Source of the DNA: Candidatus Heimdallarchaeum endolithica
GTDB lineage: Archaea > Asgardarchaeota > Heimdallarchaeia > Heimdallarchaeales > Heimdallarchaeaceae
Direction of reading: 5' to 3'
DNA length: 64,000 nt
Assembly (NCBI GenBank): GCA_021513715.1
Contig: CP084167.1
Span: 1,344,001-1,408,000, forward strand
The notes beneath the pieces are model-generated. The model had not been told where the DNA came from. It ran no database searches and saw nothing but the letters and a program-made list of their open reading frames with translations. Below, in pieces: positions 19,853 through 30,314 of the stretch (its first letter is position 1; every line of letters starts with the position of its first letter). The position numbers and the translations under genes are program-made.

Positions 19853-20931
19853 AAGATACGATCAAATTCGTAGATTCTTTCACTTTTATCTTTTCTCACT
19901 ATCAAATCATCCTCGATTCTTATACCAAATTTTCCAGGCAAATAGATCCCTGGCTCATCAGTATGAACATTTCCATCCATTAGGGGCTGTTTATTTCCCT
20001 TAACAATATATGGATGTTCATGTACTTCTAATCCCAATCCATGTCCAAGTCTATGAGTGAAATATTTTCCATATCCTGCCTCATCTATAATCTTTCTTGC
20101 TTCAAAATCTACTTGCTCTGCAGGAACACCTTCTTTGGATGCCTCTAATGCTTTATCATTTGCTTTTTGAACTATATCGTATATTTCTAAAAACTTGCTA
20201 GAAGGCTTAGAAAATGTAGTTGTTATAGTAATATCGGAAAAATATCTATCACAACTTGTTCCAGAATCGATTAATATAACTGAATCTTCTCTCAGTTTCT
20301 TAGCTGATGCGCTACTATGAGGAATAGCGCTACTTTCATCAAATTGAATCAATGCCCAACTTGGTTCTCCAGAGATTTCACTCATTTTTTTTATAAGTTG
20401 GTTTTGAACTTCAATTTCAGTCATTCCTGGTTCTATTTCGTTTAAAAGAGTTTCAACAGATTTAACTGTAAATTCAGATGCTTTTCTAATTCTCTCGATC
20501 TCTGCATCAGTTTTACGTCCTCTCATATCATTGAATATAGCTGCAGCATTAAGAAAGTCTGAATTTGGGAATATTTCCTTAAATTTGAGGAAATTCTCAA
20601 AACGAGTAGTAGATTCAAGTGAAATCATCTTTGGCATGAAATCTAATGTTTCCTTTAATTTCAGATATGGATCCTCATCTTCTTTCCAACCCACTACATT
20701 CTTTATATTTGTAGAATTTTGCATGCGTTCCACTTCAAATTCTGGTGCAATAAGTAATGGTTCTTTATCTAGAACAATTGCAGCACAGATCAATCTCTCT
20801 CGCATATCTAAAAATCCTTTAAATAGATAACCGAAGTTCACAGAAGGCGTTAATAGAATCAAATCAACATTTTCTTTTTCCATTAATTTTTTAGTTTGTT
20901 CTAATCTTTTTCTATAATTTAGAGGTTGCAC
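19837..20931 (-). CDS. pepQ: Xaa-Pro peptidase (M24 family)
   Basis: HRLGHGLGLEVHE, DEPGIY and GIRIEDD. Confidence 0.93.
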   Translation of the reverse strand: MQPLNYRKRLEQTKKLMEKENVDLILLTPSVNFGYLFKGFLDMRERLICAAIVLDKEPLLIAPEFEVERMQNSTNIKNVVGWKEDEDPYLKLKETLDFMPKMISLESTTRFENFLKFKEIFPNSDFLNAAAIFNDMRGRKTDAEIERIRKASEFTVKSVETLLNEIEPGMTEIEVQNQLIKKMSEISGEPSWALIQFDESSAIPHSSASAKKLREDSVILIDSGTSCDRYFSDITITTTFSKPSSKFLEIYDIVQKANDKALEASKEGVPAEQVDFEARKIIDEAGYGKYFTHRLGHGLGLEVHEHPYIVKGNKQPLMDGNVHTDEPGIYLPGKFGIRIEDDLIVRKDKSERIYEFDRIFWEKK

Positions 20932-21014
20932 AATCAGAAATAAAAATTTGTTCTAAAAAATCTTTCCTTTAACAAACTAGTGTCTATTTTACCTAAATCA
21001 ATTACAATATAGAA

Positions 21015-21413
21015 TCAAAAAATTTCCCCTTTTTCTTTCAAAAAAGATTCCACCTCATTTAAGAATGACTCTAATTTATCACTAACACTCATTTCCTTGG
21101 CTTTTTCTTTAAGTTCTTCTCTATTTATAATCTCCATCCCTTCTTTGTAATAAATACTACAATGAGTCTGTTCATCAAATTCCTCAAAATCATTCAATGT
21201 TGCATCGAAATTATTGCTTTTTAAAAAATTGACGAAATCTTCTCTGTCTAGTTTTGTATGATCGACGATAATATCAATATCCATTGTTAATCGGGCTCTT
21301 CCAAGAATCAAAACAGAGACACCGCCGACTATTACATATGGAACATTACGTGAGTTGAAATATTCAACTAAGACTTTCAAACTTTCTGATATTGGATCAT
21401 TCAATCTAATCAT
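21015..21413 (-). CDS. Minimal nucleotidyltransferase (DUF6036-like), possibly internally deleted
   Basis: YVIVGG...GRARLTMDIDII motif. Only 132 aa long. Confidence 0.65.
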   Translation of the reverse strand: MIRLNDPISESLKVLVEYFNSRNVPYVIVGGVSVLILGRARLTMDIDIIVDHTKLDREDFVNFLKSNNFDATLNDFEEFDEQTHCSIYYKEGMEIINREELKEKAKEMSVSDKLESFLNEVESFLKEKGEIF

Positions 21414-21591
21414 CCTTTGAATTGTTTTCTATAATTTTGGTTTTCTTTAAAGATAAGGCAAATTTAATGAAATTCGATGCTTCTTTAGTAAGCTGTTCTA
21501 CTGTAAAATTTCTTGCACGATAAGCTGCTTCCATTACTTCTTTTCTTCGTTGCTTTACTCTTTTTTCATTTGGTTTTAGCGAAGTTTTCAT
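21406..21591 (-). CDS. Small basic protein coupled to the nucleotidyltransferase
   Basis: 61 aa. Its end overlaps the start of the downstream gene by 8 nt. Confidence 0.6.
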   Translation of the reverse strand: MKTSLKPNEKRVKQRRKEVMEAAYRARNFTVEQLTKEASNFIKFALSLKKTKIIENNSKDD

Positions 21592-21703
21592 TACTTACAA
21601 ATAGTTTTTTCACTAAATAAATGTTCTTTTGTTTATACCCACTAATTAAATTTTTATAGCTAACTAGCAAAAAATTTATTGAGTTCTAAACCAATTTTAA
21701 ATT

Positions 21704-24004
21704 ATGTATCTATCATTTTTTTATTCGCAACAAAAAACTAGGCCTTTCACAAAATTCGTAGAGATAGAACTAGAGAGAGATGAGCTGTATAAAGCATTCA
21801 CTGAACTGGATGAACCTGAAGAGATAAGTAAAAAGTGGATTGTTTTTGCTGAAGATTGTTCAAAACATTTGGCATCAATAAACAGTTTAGCTTCCATGGC
21901 TTTTGAAAGATTATCAGAAGCTTATTCAGTTGATGAAGAAGAAGACGAATCTGTTCTTCCTTTACATAGATTACTTTATGGTTCAATTGCTAATCAAATG
22001 CTTTCTTTAACCCAATTTCAGCTAAAACTTGGAGTTCTTATATATATTTATTCTCAAGTAAGAAATCGTGGAGTTTTCTCATATGCGCCTAAGGATTATC
22101 AATATTATTACTATATTCAAGCAAAGGAAACTTTAGACGATATATTGTATAGAATTATGGAGAAGAAACTTCCTGAGCCCGCGGAAGAAGGATTTATTCC
22201 CACTCCTACAGTAAATGATATGATGAATATAATTTTTCCTTTACTAAAACTTGAACAGAGAAAAAGGTTAATTCCAATTCTAAAACAAATCCCTGATCAT
22301 GACAAAAATCCTCTAATTATCAAAAAAATAGGAGACTATGACAGATTACAAGGTATAACTTTAATGTCAAACATTATAGAAATTATGGAAAATTCAGCTA
22401 TTGATTTCTGGTGGAAAGACCCTATTTCTACCCTTTCAATACTAGATCATGCTCTAGAACACTTTAATTTAGTAGTTGAACTTTGGAAAGAACAACCAGG
22501 AGAGCTTACTGCCCTCTCTTCTAGAATCGAGCAAGAGTATATTCCTATAGTGTATGGTTCTCGCTTTATTACACAATCACAGCATTTTACCTCATTAGCT
22601 GAAAGTGCTCTTGAGTCTTTTGACATTGACTATGCTTCCAAATATTATGACCAAGCAATGAAAAAACTTGAAGAAGCAAAAGAATATCTATTAAAATCTA
22701 ATAACCGTTTAGCAAACCAGCTTTATGAAACAATAAAAAATCAAGAACAGGAAGTTCAGATAATTTGTACTTTAACCAAACTGTCTAACTTATTTTCTTT
22801 AATTATGAATGATTTAGTAATAGAAAATGAAGAAAAAGCCATTGAATTATGCGAGAATATCAACCAATTAATTAAGCAGTTAGAAACTTTTATTCCAGTA
22901 CCTTATTTATATGGGATTTCAGTTAGCTATGCTGCAGCAGCATCAGCACTTGTTAAAGTGGTGGAGCAAGATGTTTCTTATTTAAATATTATAGATAGTT
23001 TTATGAGCCAATTTTCTTTTCCTCTCAACTCAATGAAAGAAGCTATCTCAAATATTAACTTAAATTTAATTCTCATTAATGATAATAACCCCAGATTAAG
23101 TTACTCTTTTCTTATAGAAATAGAAGAAAACCTCAAATACCTTAAGAAAGCTGTAGAAATGCTTCCTAAATTTCTCAACGAAAAAGTACTTCAACAAAAG
23201 AAAATCAGCGCTATATTGTACTATGTTAGGTCATATATTGCAGAGAACAAGGTTTACATTTATGCTGACAACAACATTGTACTAGATTTAATTTTAAGAG
23301 CTAGAGCCCACTACTTTGCAAAGAAAGCAGAACAGCAAATTGCAGATACTGATGAAAAAGACCTACTAAATTTAATAAAAAAACGAATTTTAGAAACAAA
23401 ATCTACAGGAATTGTAACAGAAACCAACTTATTATCTTTAGGGTTACAAACAGCTTATAGCAAAACAGTTCGAGATGTTATTGAGCAGATTCTTTTATTC
23501 TATGATCAAATTGAAAAACCACCTGAATTCATTCTAGAATCAGTAAAAAATCAATTTGAAAGCATGACTGAATTCCAAGAGTTACTCAATTTAATGGAAC
23601 TTGATAATAAAGAACTCCTTGCATTACGCCAAGAAATTACACTTAAAGGAAATGAAATTAACTGGGCTTTTGTTGAAAGAAGAGAAAGTTTTATACCAGC
23701 AACCAAAAAAATGTTCAAAACTATAGAATCTGTTCTTCTAGGAGAACTAGCAGCTGATATGAAAAAGAGAGATGCAGCTATTAATTACTATACAACAGCA
23801 AAAAAGAATCTTTACGAAATAAGTGATATATTAAGCAAAGTAGCAAGGTATATTGAAGATAATAAGGAATTACCTAGTTTAATTTATACTTTAGCTCTAT
23901 TTACACAAGAAAATTTGAATGCCATAAGAGACAGAAGAAAGAGAAATGAAGTTCCTTACAAAGAAATTGTAGGAATCTTAGATTATTTAATTCTTAACCT
24001 CTAG
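21704..24004 (+). CDS. Large all-alpha hypothetical protein
   Basis: 766 aa, helical, with TPR-like segments (A.KYYDQA...LEEA and AAINYYTTAKK). Confidence 0.7.
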   Translation: MYLSFFYSQQKTRPFTKFVEIELERDELYKAFTELDEPEEISKKWIVFAEDCSKHLASINSLASMAFERLSEAYSVDEEEDESVLPLHRLLYGSIANQMLSLTQFQLKLGVLIYIYSQVRNRGVFSYAPKDYQYYYYIQAKETLDDILYRIMEKKLPEPAEEGFIPTPTVNDMMNIIFPLLKLEQRKRLIPILKQIPDHDKNPLIIKKIGDYDRLQGITLMSNIIEIMENSAIDFWWKDPISTLSILDHALEHFNLVVELWKEQPGELTALSSRIEQEYIPIVYGSRFITQSQHFTSLAESALESFDIDYASKYYDQAMKKLEEAKEYLLKSNNRLANQLYETIKNQEQEVQIICTLTKLSNLFSLIMNDLVIENEEKAIELCENINQLIKQLETFIPVPYLYGISVSYAAAASALVKVVEQDVSYLNIIDSFMSQFSFPLNSMKEAISNINLNLILINDNNPRLSYSFLIEIEENLKYLKKAVEMLPKFLNEKVLQQKKISAILYYVRSYIAENKVYIYADNNIVLDLILRARAHYFAKKAEQQIADTDEKDLLNLIKKRILETKSTGIVTETNLLSLGLQTAYSKTVRDVIEQILLFYDQIEKPPEFILESVKNQFESMTEFQELLNLMELDNKELLALRQEITLKGNEINWAFVERRESFIPATKKMFKTIESVLLGELAADMKKRDAAINYYTTAKKNLYEISDILSKVARYIEDNKELPSLIYTLALFTQENLNAIRDRRKRNEVPYKEIVGILDYLILNL

Positions 24005-24026
24005 ATATTTGAAATAATGTGATACT

Positions 24027-24938
24027 ATGAACCCTGAACTTTCCGTTAAAAGAAAAAATGTCCCTGTAAGTATTATTGGTCTAGAATATTCTGGTAAAAC
24101 AACATTCCTTAATTGGCTGATTAAACAAAGATTCACTAGACCTAAACCTACTGTAGGATACAACTTTGAAGTTCTTGAAGTTGCAAATATGCATATCAAC
24201 ATTTTTGATCTTTCTGGTCATGAGAAATTCAGAGAGAATATCTGGAAAAACTTTGTTCAATCAAGTGTGGGTATAGTTTTTTTTGTTGACTCTTCTGATA
24301 AAAATAAACTAAAAAAATCTGCAAAATGGTTCTGGAAAGTTGTTAATGAATGGTTACAAGAAATTTACTCTGAGTATGCATTACTATTTATAGCAAATAA
24401 AGCAGATCTAAAAAACTCTTTAGATTTAGAAACAATAATAAGAACTTTTGATTTGTATAAAATGTCTAAGTATTCTAACATTTCTTTTCAAATTTTTAAA
24501 ACTTCAATAAAGGAAGAACTCAACATTAAGACTGCTTTTCAATGGTTAGTCAACAAGCTAAATTCTATCACAAAGAACCAGCAAGTAGACATTCATGCGC
24601 TCATCATCTCTGATAAATTTTCAAACACCCTATATTCATATGACCCCCACAATATTTCCTCAGATCACGAACTATTATCTGGTTTCGTTAATGCAATCAG
24701 CAGTTTTAGTAATGAATTACTTGGATATGAAAACCTTAAACTAGTTAGACTTGGCAAGTACTATGTTCTTATCTCTCAGGAACAATCCTATTCAGTTGCT
24801 ATATTTTCTTTAAGCGAAACAAACTTACCTGAAGCAAGAAGAATAATTTATAATATTCACAGAAAAATAAAAGAGTCTCAGAAAAAAATACTAAGCACAG
24901 AAGATTATCAAGCAATAGTCGAACAATTTATTTTTTAA
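24027..24938 (+). CDS. Arf/Sar1-like GTPase fused to a longin-like domain
   Basis: GLEYSGKTT, PTVG, DLSGH and NKAD. The C-terminus carries D.ELLSGFVNAISSFSNEL. Confidence 0.88.
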   Translation: MNPELSVKRKNVPVSIIGLEYSGKTTFLNWLIKQRFTRPKPTVGYNFEVLEVANMHINIFDLSGHEKFRENIWKNFVQSSVGIVFFVDSSDKNKLKKSAKWFWKVVNEWLQEIYSEYALLFIANKADLKNSLDLETIIRTFDLYKMSKYSNISFQIFKTSIKEELNIKTAFQWLVNKLNSITKNQQVDIHALIISDKFSNTLYSYDPHNISSDHELLSGFVNAISSFSNELLGYENLKLVRLGKYYVLISQEQSYSVAIFSLSETNLPEARRIIYNIHRKIKESQKKILSTEDYQAIVEQFIF

Positions 24939-25013
24939 AGAAGTTTCTTCCAAAAGAATTATAAAGACTTTTAGAAATGAAAGATTAAAGTATATTGTAT
25001 ATCAAATGAGAGT

Positions 25014-25601
25014 GTGACGATTATGGAATGTAGATTTTGTAAACTACGAGATATAGAAAACGTTGAAAAAAATGTTTATCACTGCAATCATTGTGGTTAC
25101 TCTTTTGAAGCGAGTAAGTGGGATATTTTCTACGATACACTTCTTCACATGCCTTTGTCTTCTTGGTTAGTTGCGAGTTTACTCTGGGGAAGTGCAATGT
25201 TAACTGGAATTGTTTTTGGTGTTGGATTCAATAGTAAATCATTATCAATTACCACATTATTTTTGTATTTATATGGTATCACAGCTGTTTTATATGGAGG
25301 ATCAAAGTCATCTGACTATTTCCAAGCAATTTGGTTATACTTCACACAATGGATAAGAAGAAAAAATCCCCAATGGAATGAGATCCTTGAAGTAATAAGA
25401 AAGAGAAGAAAGGAAAAAATGGCTAAAAAATCTACAGCATCTGTAGTAGCTACTTCTGGAACGCATATAGAAACAGATATTAGGCCATCAGAGATGAGAA
25501 TTCCTTACTTATCTGCTTCATTTAAAGCAGGTCTTATTACCACATTATTTGGTGTAATCTTTTCAATTGTTTATGGAGTTATTTTTGCTTCATCAATATA
25601 A
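25014..25601 (+). CDS. Zn-ribbon membrane protein
   Basis: CRFC...CNHC followed by about 3 TM helices. Confidence 0.7.
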   Translation: MTIMECRFCKLRDIENVEKNVYHCNHCGYSFEASKWDIFYDTLLHMPLSSWLVASLLWGSAMLTGIVFGVGFNSKSLSITTLFLYLYGITAVLYGGSKSSDYFQAIWLYFTQWIRRKNPQWNEILEVIRKRRKEKMAKKSTASVVATSGTHIETDIRPSEMRIPYLSASFKAGLITTLFGVIFSIVYGVIFASSI

Positions 25602-25658
25602 TTTCTTAACTTTCTTTTTTTTTAACTTCTTTTCTTTATAATTACAGACAAATATGTA

Positions 25659-25712
25659 GTCAAAACTTGTAACTCATAGCTAACTGTCAAAACTTGTAAC
25701 TCATAGCTAACT
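25659..25712. repeat. Perfect 27-bp tandem duplication
   Basis: GTCAAAACTTGTAACTCATAGCTAACT occurs twice and spans the stop codon of the gene at 25687-26688. Confidence 0.95.
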
Positions 25713-26688
25713 TAAGATATTTCAAAGAGATATTTCTAAGTTCGTTCTGAGCTTCATCCTCATAATTGTCTAAAGAATGTAGATACATTGAATAATAGAC
25801 CTTAGATCTTACATAAGCTCTGTACGATTTATAGAAATTAACAAACTCTTTTACTTTTGAGAGATTTTCATGCATCAAAGCTAAGTATTTCTCTAACAAG
25901 TATTTTGCTTCTTTTCTTTTGTTGTGATAATCTAAATCCATCGCTAGAAAAGAGATCTCTTCCAAGATATCTTGAATTCTTAAACTTTCATTAAATTCTA
26001 TACAATCAAAAATCACAATTTTTCCATTATCTACAAAGATATTTCGGAGTTGTAAATCTCCATGTCCATCGACAATTTTTCCTTCATTTTGCCTTTTATC
26101 CCAAAATGCCCTATTTTTTTCCATAAAACTATAGACTTTATTAGCAAAACTATTGTCAAAGGGAAAATTTTCATACTTTTGTGTGGTTCGAAAATTTTCA
26201 TCCCATTTCTCGAATATATTTTCAAAAACCTTAATTTCTTTTCTGTAAATGTTTTCCTTATGAAATTCTGATACTATCTCAACAATTTTACTTATTAGTG
26301 TCTTGTCTAAGGGGCGCTTCTGTATTAAATTAATCAAAAGTTTTTCTTGCTGAATTTCTTTCATTTTCACTAAATATTCAATAACATCTCCTTCTCCATC
26401 AATCTTTTTATCAGAAGTAAAAGACACTAATCCCACATATAATTCAGGAGCTAGTCTTCTATTAAGTTCGATTTCTTGCATACTTGCATTGTATCTTTTT
26501 TGTAAAGTTGAAAAATCTAGTACATCCCCAAATTTAATCGTTTTCTTCATTTTATATGCAAATTTTCCTGTAAGAAAAACCCAACTTACATTTGTTTCAA
26601 TAACCCTAATGGGTTCTTGAACATCATGGTTATATGTTTCAGGATTTGTTAATTCATCAACTATAGCCTTTTCTGATAACATTTTCAA
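25687..26688 (-). CDS. Aminoglycoside phosphotransferase-family protein (COG2187-like)
   Basis: IETNVSWVFLTG.FAYK.KK, ELNRRLAP, DGHGDL...NI and FDCIEFN. Confidence 0.9.
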   Translation of the reverse strand: MKMLSEKAIVDELTNPETYNHDVQEPIRVIETNVSWVFLTGKFAYKMKKTIKFGDVLDFSTLQKRYNASMQEIELNRRLAPELYVGLVSFTSDKKIDGEGDVIEYLVKMKEIQQEKLLINLIQKRPLDKTLISKIVEIVSEFHKENIYRKEIKVFENIFEKWDENFRTTQKYENFPFDNSFANKVYSFMEKNRAFWDKRQNEGKIVDGHGDLQLRNIFVDNGKIVIFDCIEFNESLRIQDILEEISFLAMDLDYHNKRKEAKYLLEKYLALMHENLSKVKEFVNFYKSYRAYVRSKVYYSMYLHSLDNYEDEAQNELRNISLKYLKLAMSYKF

Positions 26689-27217
26689 TCTTTTCCATTA
26701 TGGAATTTTTGTCATGAACTATATTCACTTTTATATAAGGAAGTTTTGTTGGCTGAAACCTCTCTTTTAAATTTAAATAAATATCATAATTTGCATCACT
26801 TAAAGTTCTTCCAGATCGTTTTTCTCTTTGTTGAAATCTTTGTTTTATTAAAGATTCGGGGCACTCTACAAAGACTAGAATGAATTTAGCATCAAATTTT
26901 TCTGCAATTCTCTTTATTTTTATTCGAAATGACTCTTTGTAAAAAGTGCCATCTATTACACATCCAACATTCCATCTCAACAACGTATATAAAAGATAAT
27001 TGATTACATTATAGACTACAAGTCTATTTTCAAAACTGTAGGAACCAGCACCGAAAGTGTTTTTTCTAACTGAAGGAAAAACTCTTTTTCTTACTGAATC
27101 TGTACTTATACGTTCTAATCTATATTTTTTTGACAATCTTCTTGCTAATGTGCTTTTCCCTGTCCCTGGTAGCCCTGACAAAAGGATGACAAGAGGTTGT
27201 TTTTTTTTCATACCCAC
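26657..27217 (-). CDS. P-loop kinase (AAA_33/COG0645-like)
   Basis: GLPGTGKST, STDSVRK, IDGTF and SDA. Confidence 0.9.
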   Translation of the reverse strand: MGMKKKQPLVILLSGLPGTGKSTLARRLSKKYRLERISTDSVRKRVFPSVRKNTFGAGSYSFENRLVVYNVINYLLYTLLRWNVGCVIDGTFYKESFRIKIKRIAEKFDAKFILVFVECPESLIKQRFQQREKRSGRTLSDANYDIYLNLKERFQPTKLPYIKVNIVHDKNSIMEKIENVIRKGYS

Positions 27218-27223
27218 CCATAA

Positions 27224-30200
27224 TCACCTTTTTTTCTTGTGATCTGGGCAAACAAAAACCTCTTCTGTTTTAAATAATCCTTTTTTGGTCACTTTGATCG
27301 CGTGTTTGGAACAAAGAACTTTTTCACAGACATCGCAACGAACAATATCATTATCGCACACTACGTTGTTGCAGAAAGCACATTGTTCTACATGTTCTGT
27401 TGATACAACTTCCTTACATACAGAACAAACTACAGCATGTTTATTACAGATTACATCTCCACTAATTGAGCAATGTATAGTATGATTTGCACATAATGTT
27501 CTTCCACAAACTTCACAATCATTTGACACTGATACTAATTGCATTTTAGGAGTTTTCTTTTCATAGCAAGAATCACACAAGATGCTTATACTTGTTCCTA
27601 ATGTTGATTCAGCTATTCCTCTAATAAGCAATTCATGTCCTTTTTCATTTACAATATTAATTTCTGCGATGGAAACGGGAATATATAATATTGCAGCATA
27701 GACATCTTGGATTTCATCCTGGTTAGGAATACTAAATGATTTTTTCTTAACTAATTTATCGAGGTCATCGAGTACCTCAACTTTTGTTTGAGATTTTATT
27801 TTTCTATCTAGATCTTTAACAATTTCCACATCTTTTTCTACTTCTGCCGTATAATTCTTTATTACTTGAGGGCCATATTTTAGAGTCTCCACTGCTTTTT
27901 TGTAACGTTTTACATCTGCATCTCTTTTGTATTTGTATTTATTCATCACTATTGGTTTTAATGTTGCGTAAATACTCTTTGCCTCCTCTATTTGTGCTTG
28001 AAACTTTCTTACTTTATCTCTTTTTTCGATCATTTTTGTGAAATATTCATCTCTTTGCTTAGTTAACTGACTAATCCATGACTCAATTTTTTCTTTATAT
28101 TTTTCCTCTATTTTCACCAATGAATCTTCAATATCACGCTTCCATTCATCTTCGTACATGCTTTTATCCATCCACAGTATGTCTTGGAATGATTCTAGAA
28201 TAGTTCTTGGTTTTCTTTGAACTTCTATAGTTTTGATATTCGCTGATGGTGGTGCTATCAAGCTTCCAAGATTTTTGAGGGGGAGTATAGAAAGAAGTTC
28301 TTCGAAAACATCTTCTGCTTGAAAAGGTATACTCTCTAATCCCCAAATTTTATCTTTTGAATCAAATTCTAATTTGTCTACTAGTGGAAAAATTCTTTTT
28401 ATTGGGAAATCTAAAATAATTTCTTCTTTTACTACTTCTTCACCTACCTTAACTTCTATTTCTCTTTTAGCATTTATATTAAAGTCAAGTAGCAAAAATG
28501 GAACATAAGCTAATTGAAGATAATTTGTTCCTAAATAACTAAACTTTTTATCACCGAAAAATTTAGATAAAAGTTCTTTTAAATCGATTTTATCGTATTT
28601 AAGGTATTGTTTTTTGATTGTTTTGATAGATTTACTAAGATCTATTTTCTTAAGCTTATGTTTTTTTTCATAATCTATCTCTTGTTCAGTGAAGTCACCA
28701 GGGGTAATTTCTGTTCCTATATCAAGGGTTTCAGAAGAGACATCTGGAAAGTCATCAAGTTCCTGCAATTTTACTTCTGTATCTAAAAGACTTTCAACCT
28801 CTGAGAACTCTTGTAACTTAGACATCTCTTTTTCGATATCGTCTAGACTTAGTTCTTTTTCAATATCAGAAAAGTCCATACTGTCAATATCGTAGCTATA
28901 TCCGTCTACTTCTTTACAAAGAGAAGGAGGTGGATTTTTATAAAGTTTGGATACATCATCATCAGACAAAGCTTTGTGCACTGAGTACAACCACCTAGTT
29001 TTAAAACGAACAGGTTTTGGGTAATTGTCAGGAGAGAGTAAATAAAATTCTCCTGGTTCAAAATTTGGGAGGTCATCAAGGATAAATCTTGCAGTTGGGT
29101 GAGATTGAATCATTTTTTCTACTGTTCTTAAGTCCTGTGGAGCCATAAAACGTCCAAAAAAGAAAGTAGAAACTTGGCCAAAAGCTTTGTAGTCTACATC
29201 ACTTATATTTTGTGTTGCAACTAACATTGAAACTCCATATTTCCTACCTTGTTTAAATAAAAGTTGCAACCATTTTTTTGTAGGAGGATTACGGGGATAT
29301 GGTGGGATTAAACCTGCTAATTCGTCAATATAAAAGATCAGTTGTGGTTCATGTGAGGGGTTTGAGAGCATATAGGTATAAAGTCTTTGAGAGATGGTAG
29401 AAATATAAAGGTTCTTCAATTTTTGTGTGTTTAGAGTATTAAGATAGATAATTGATATCCTGCATTTTCCTTCTTGAGAAGCATTTTTCAATGTTTGAAT
29501 GTTTAATTTTGGTCCTAAATTAAAGACTAAAGACTGCGCACCTACTGTTAAAAATTTAATATTCTTGACTAAAGTTTCTTTTTCTTTCTTTTCAAGGAGA
29601 GAACGATAAGATTCTGATAAATATGCTTCATCAGTGTTAATAAGATCCATTAACATCTTAAAGTCTTGTACCAAAATATTTCTTCTCATAAATTCTTCAA
29701 AAAGAGCTGTAAGATAAGCCTTTACTGCTTTTCCCTTATTTGAACTTAACTTATAGCCCAACACATCAACTAGATTAGTTGCCATTCCGTCAATAGCTAG
29801 TATTTTTTCTTCTCTATCAAGTTGTGTTGGGGGAGGAATTAATGGATTTATTGAAAGAGGAATACCCTTTTCTGATGCAGGAGTAAAAATCACTACTTCA
29901 ATTTTTTCTTTATACTCCTCGTAGAAGTCTTTATTTACACCATATTTTTTAAGAGCTTCCCATTCAGCAACCATTGAAAGACTGCTAATATCACCTTGGG
30001 GGTCTATAATTATAGCAGGAATATTATTTCTAATAGCTTCTTCAATCACGACCTTACAGGCTACTGTTTTTCCACTCCCTGATTGACCAAAAATAGCAAC
30101 ATGTTTTTTCAAAGCTTTAGTTGGGAGAGTAACATCTTCACCTGTTTCTTTACTTTTTCCTAAAGATAATATCGGTGCACTTTTCGCTTCATTCATATTC

Positions 30201-30241
30201 TTCAATATCAATGAGTGATTGTTATCCTTAAACCTTTCCAA
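27224..30241 (-). CDS. HerA/FtsK-family ATPase with coiled coil and C-terminal Zn-finger repeats
   Basis: GQSGSGKT, IIDPQGD, FYIDE, KQGRKYGV and ATQN, then repeated CxxC...CxxH units. Confidence 0.85.
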   Translation of the reverse strand: MERFKDNNHSLILKNMNEAKSAPILSLGKSKETGEDVTLPTKALKKHVAIFGQSGSGKTVACKVVIEEAIRNNIPAIIIDPQGDISSLSMVAEWEALKKYGVNKDFYEEYKEKIEVVIFTPASEKGIPLSINPLIPPPTQLDREEKILAIDGMATNLVDVLGYKLSSNKGKAVKAYLTALFEEFMRRNILVQDFKMLMDLINTDEAYLSESYRSLLEKKEKETLVKNIKFLTVGAQSLVFNLGPKLNIQTLKNASQEGKCRISIIYLNTLNTQKLKNLYISTISQRLYTYMLSNPSHEPQLIFYIDELAGLIPPYPRNPPTKKWLQLLFKQGRKYGVSMLVATQNISDVDYKAFGQVSTFFFGRFMAPQDLRTVEKMIQSHPTARFILDDLPNFEPGEFYLLSPDNYPKPVRFKTRWLYSVHKALSDDDVSKLYKNPPPSLCKEVDGYSYDIDSMDFSDIEKELSLDDIEKEMSKLQEFSEVESLLDTEVKLQELDDFPDVSSETLDIGTEITPGDFTEQEIDYEKKHKLKKIDLSKSIKTIKKQYLKYDKIDLKELLSKFFGDKKFSYLGTNYLQLAYVPFLLLDFNINAKREIEVKVGEEVVKEEIILDFPIKRIFPLVDKLEFDSKDKIWGLESIPFQAEDVFEELLSILPLKNLGSLIAPPSANIKTIEVQRKPRTILESFQDILWMDKSMYEDEWKRDIEDSLVKIEEKYKEKIESWISQLTKQRDEYFTKMIEKRDKVRKFQAQIEEAKSIYATLKPIVMNKYKYKRDADVKRYKKAVETLKYGPQVIKNYTAEVEKDVEIVKDLDRKIKSQTKVEVLDDLDKLVKKKSFSIPNQDEIQDVYAAILYIPVSIAEINIVNEKGHELLIRGIAESTLGTSISILCDSCYEKKTPKMQLVSVSNDCEVCGRTLCANHTIHCSISGDVICNKHAVVCSVCKEVVSTEHVEQCAFCNNVVCDNDIVRCDVCEKVLCSKHAIKVTKKGLFKTEEVFVCPDHKKKR

Positions 30242-30314
30242 AGAGTAAACATAGATATTCTAGTTCAAAACTAGCTGACAATTAAATAAAAAATTGGAAA
30301 TACAAGAAAAAAAA

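Noticed and set aside
25659-25712. Possible mini CRISPR array
   Set aside because: Two abutting repeats with no spacer, identical to coding sequence, and no cas genes.
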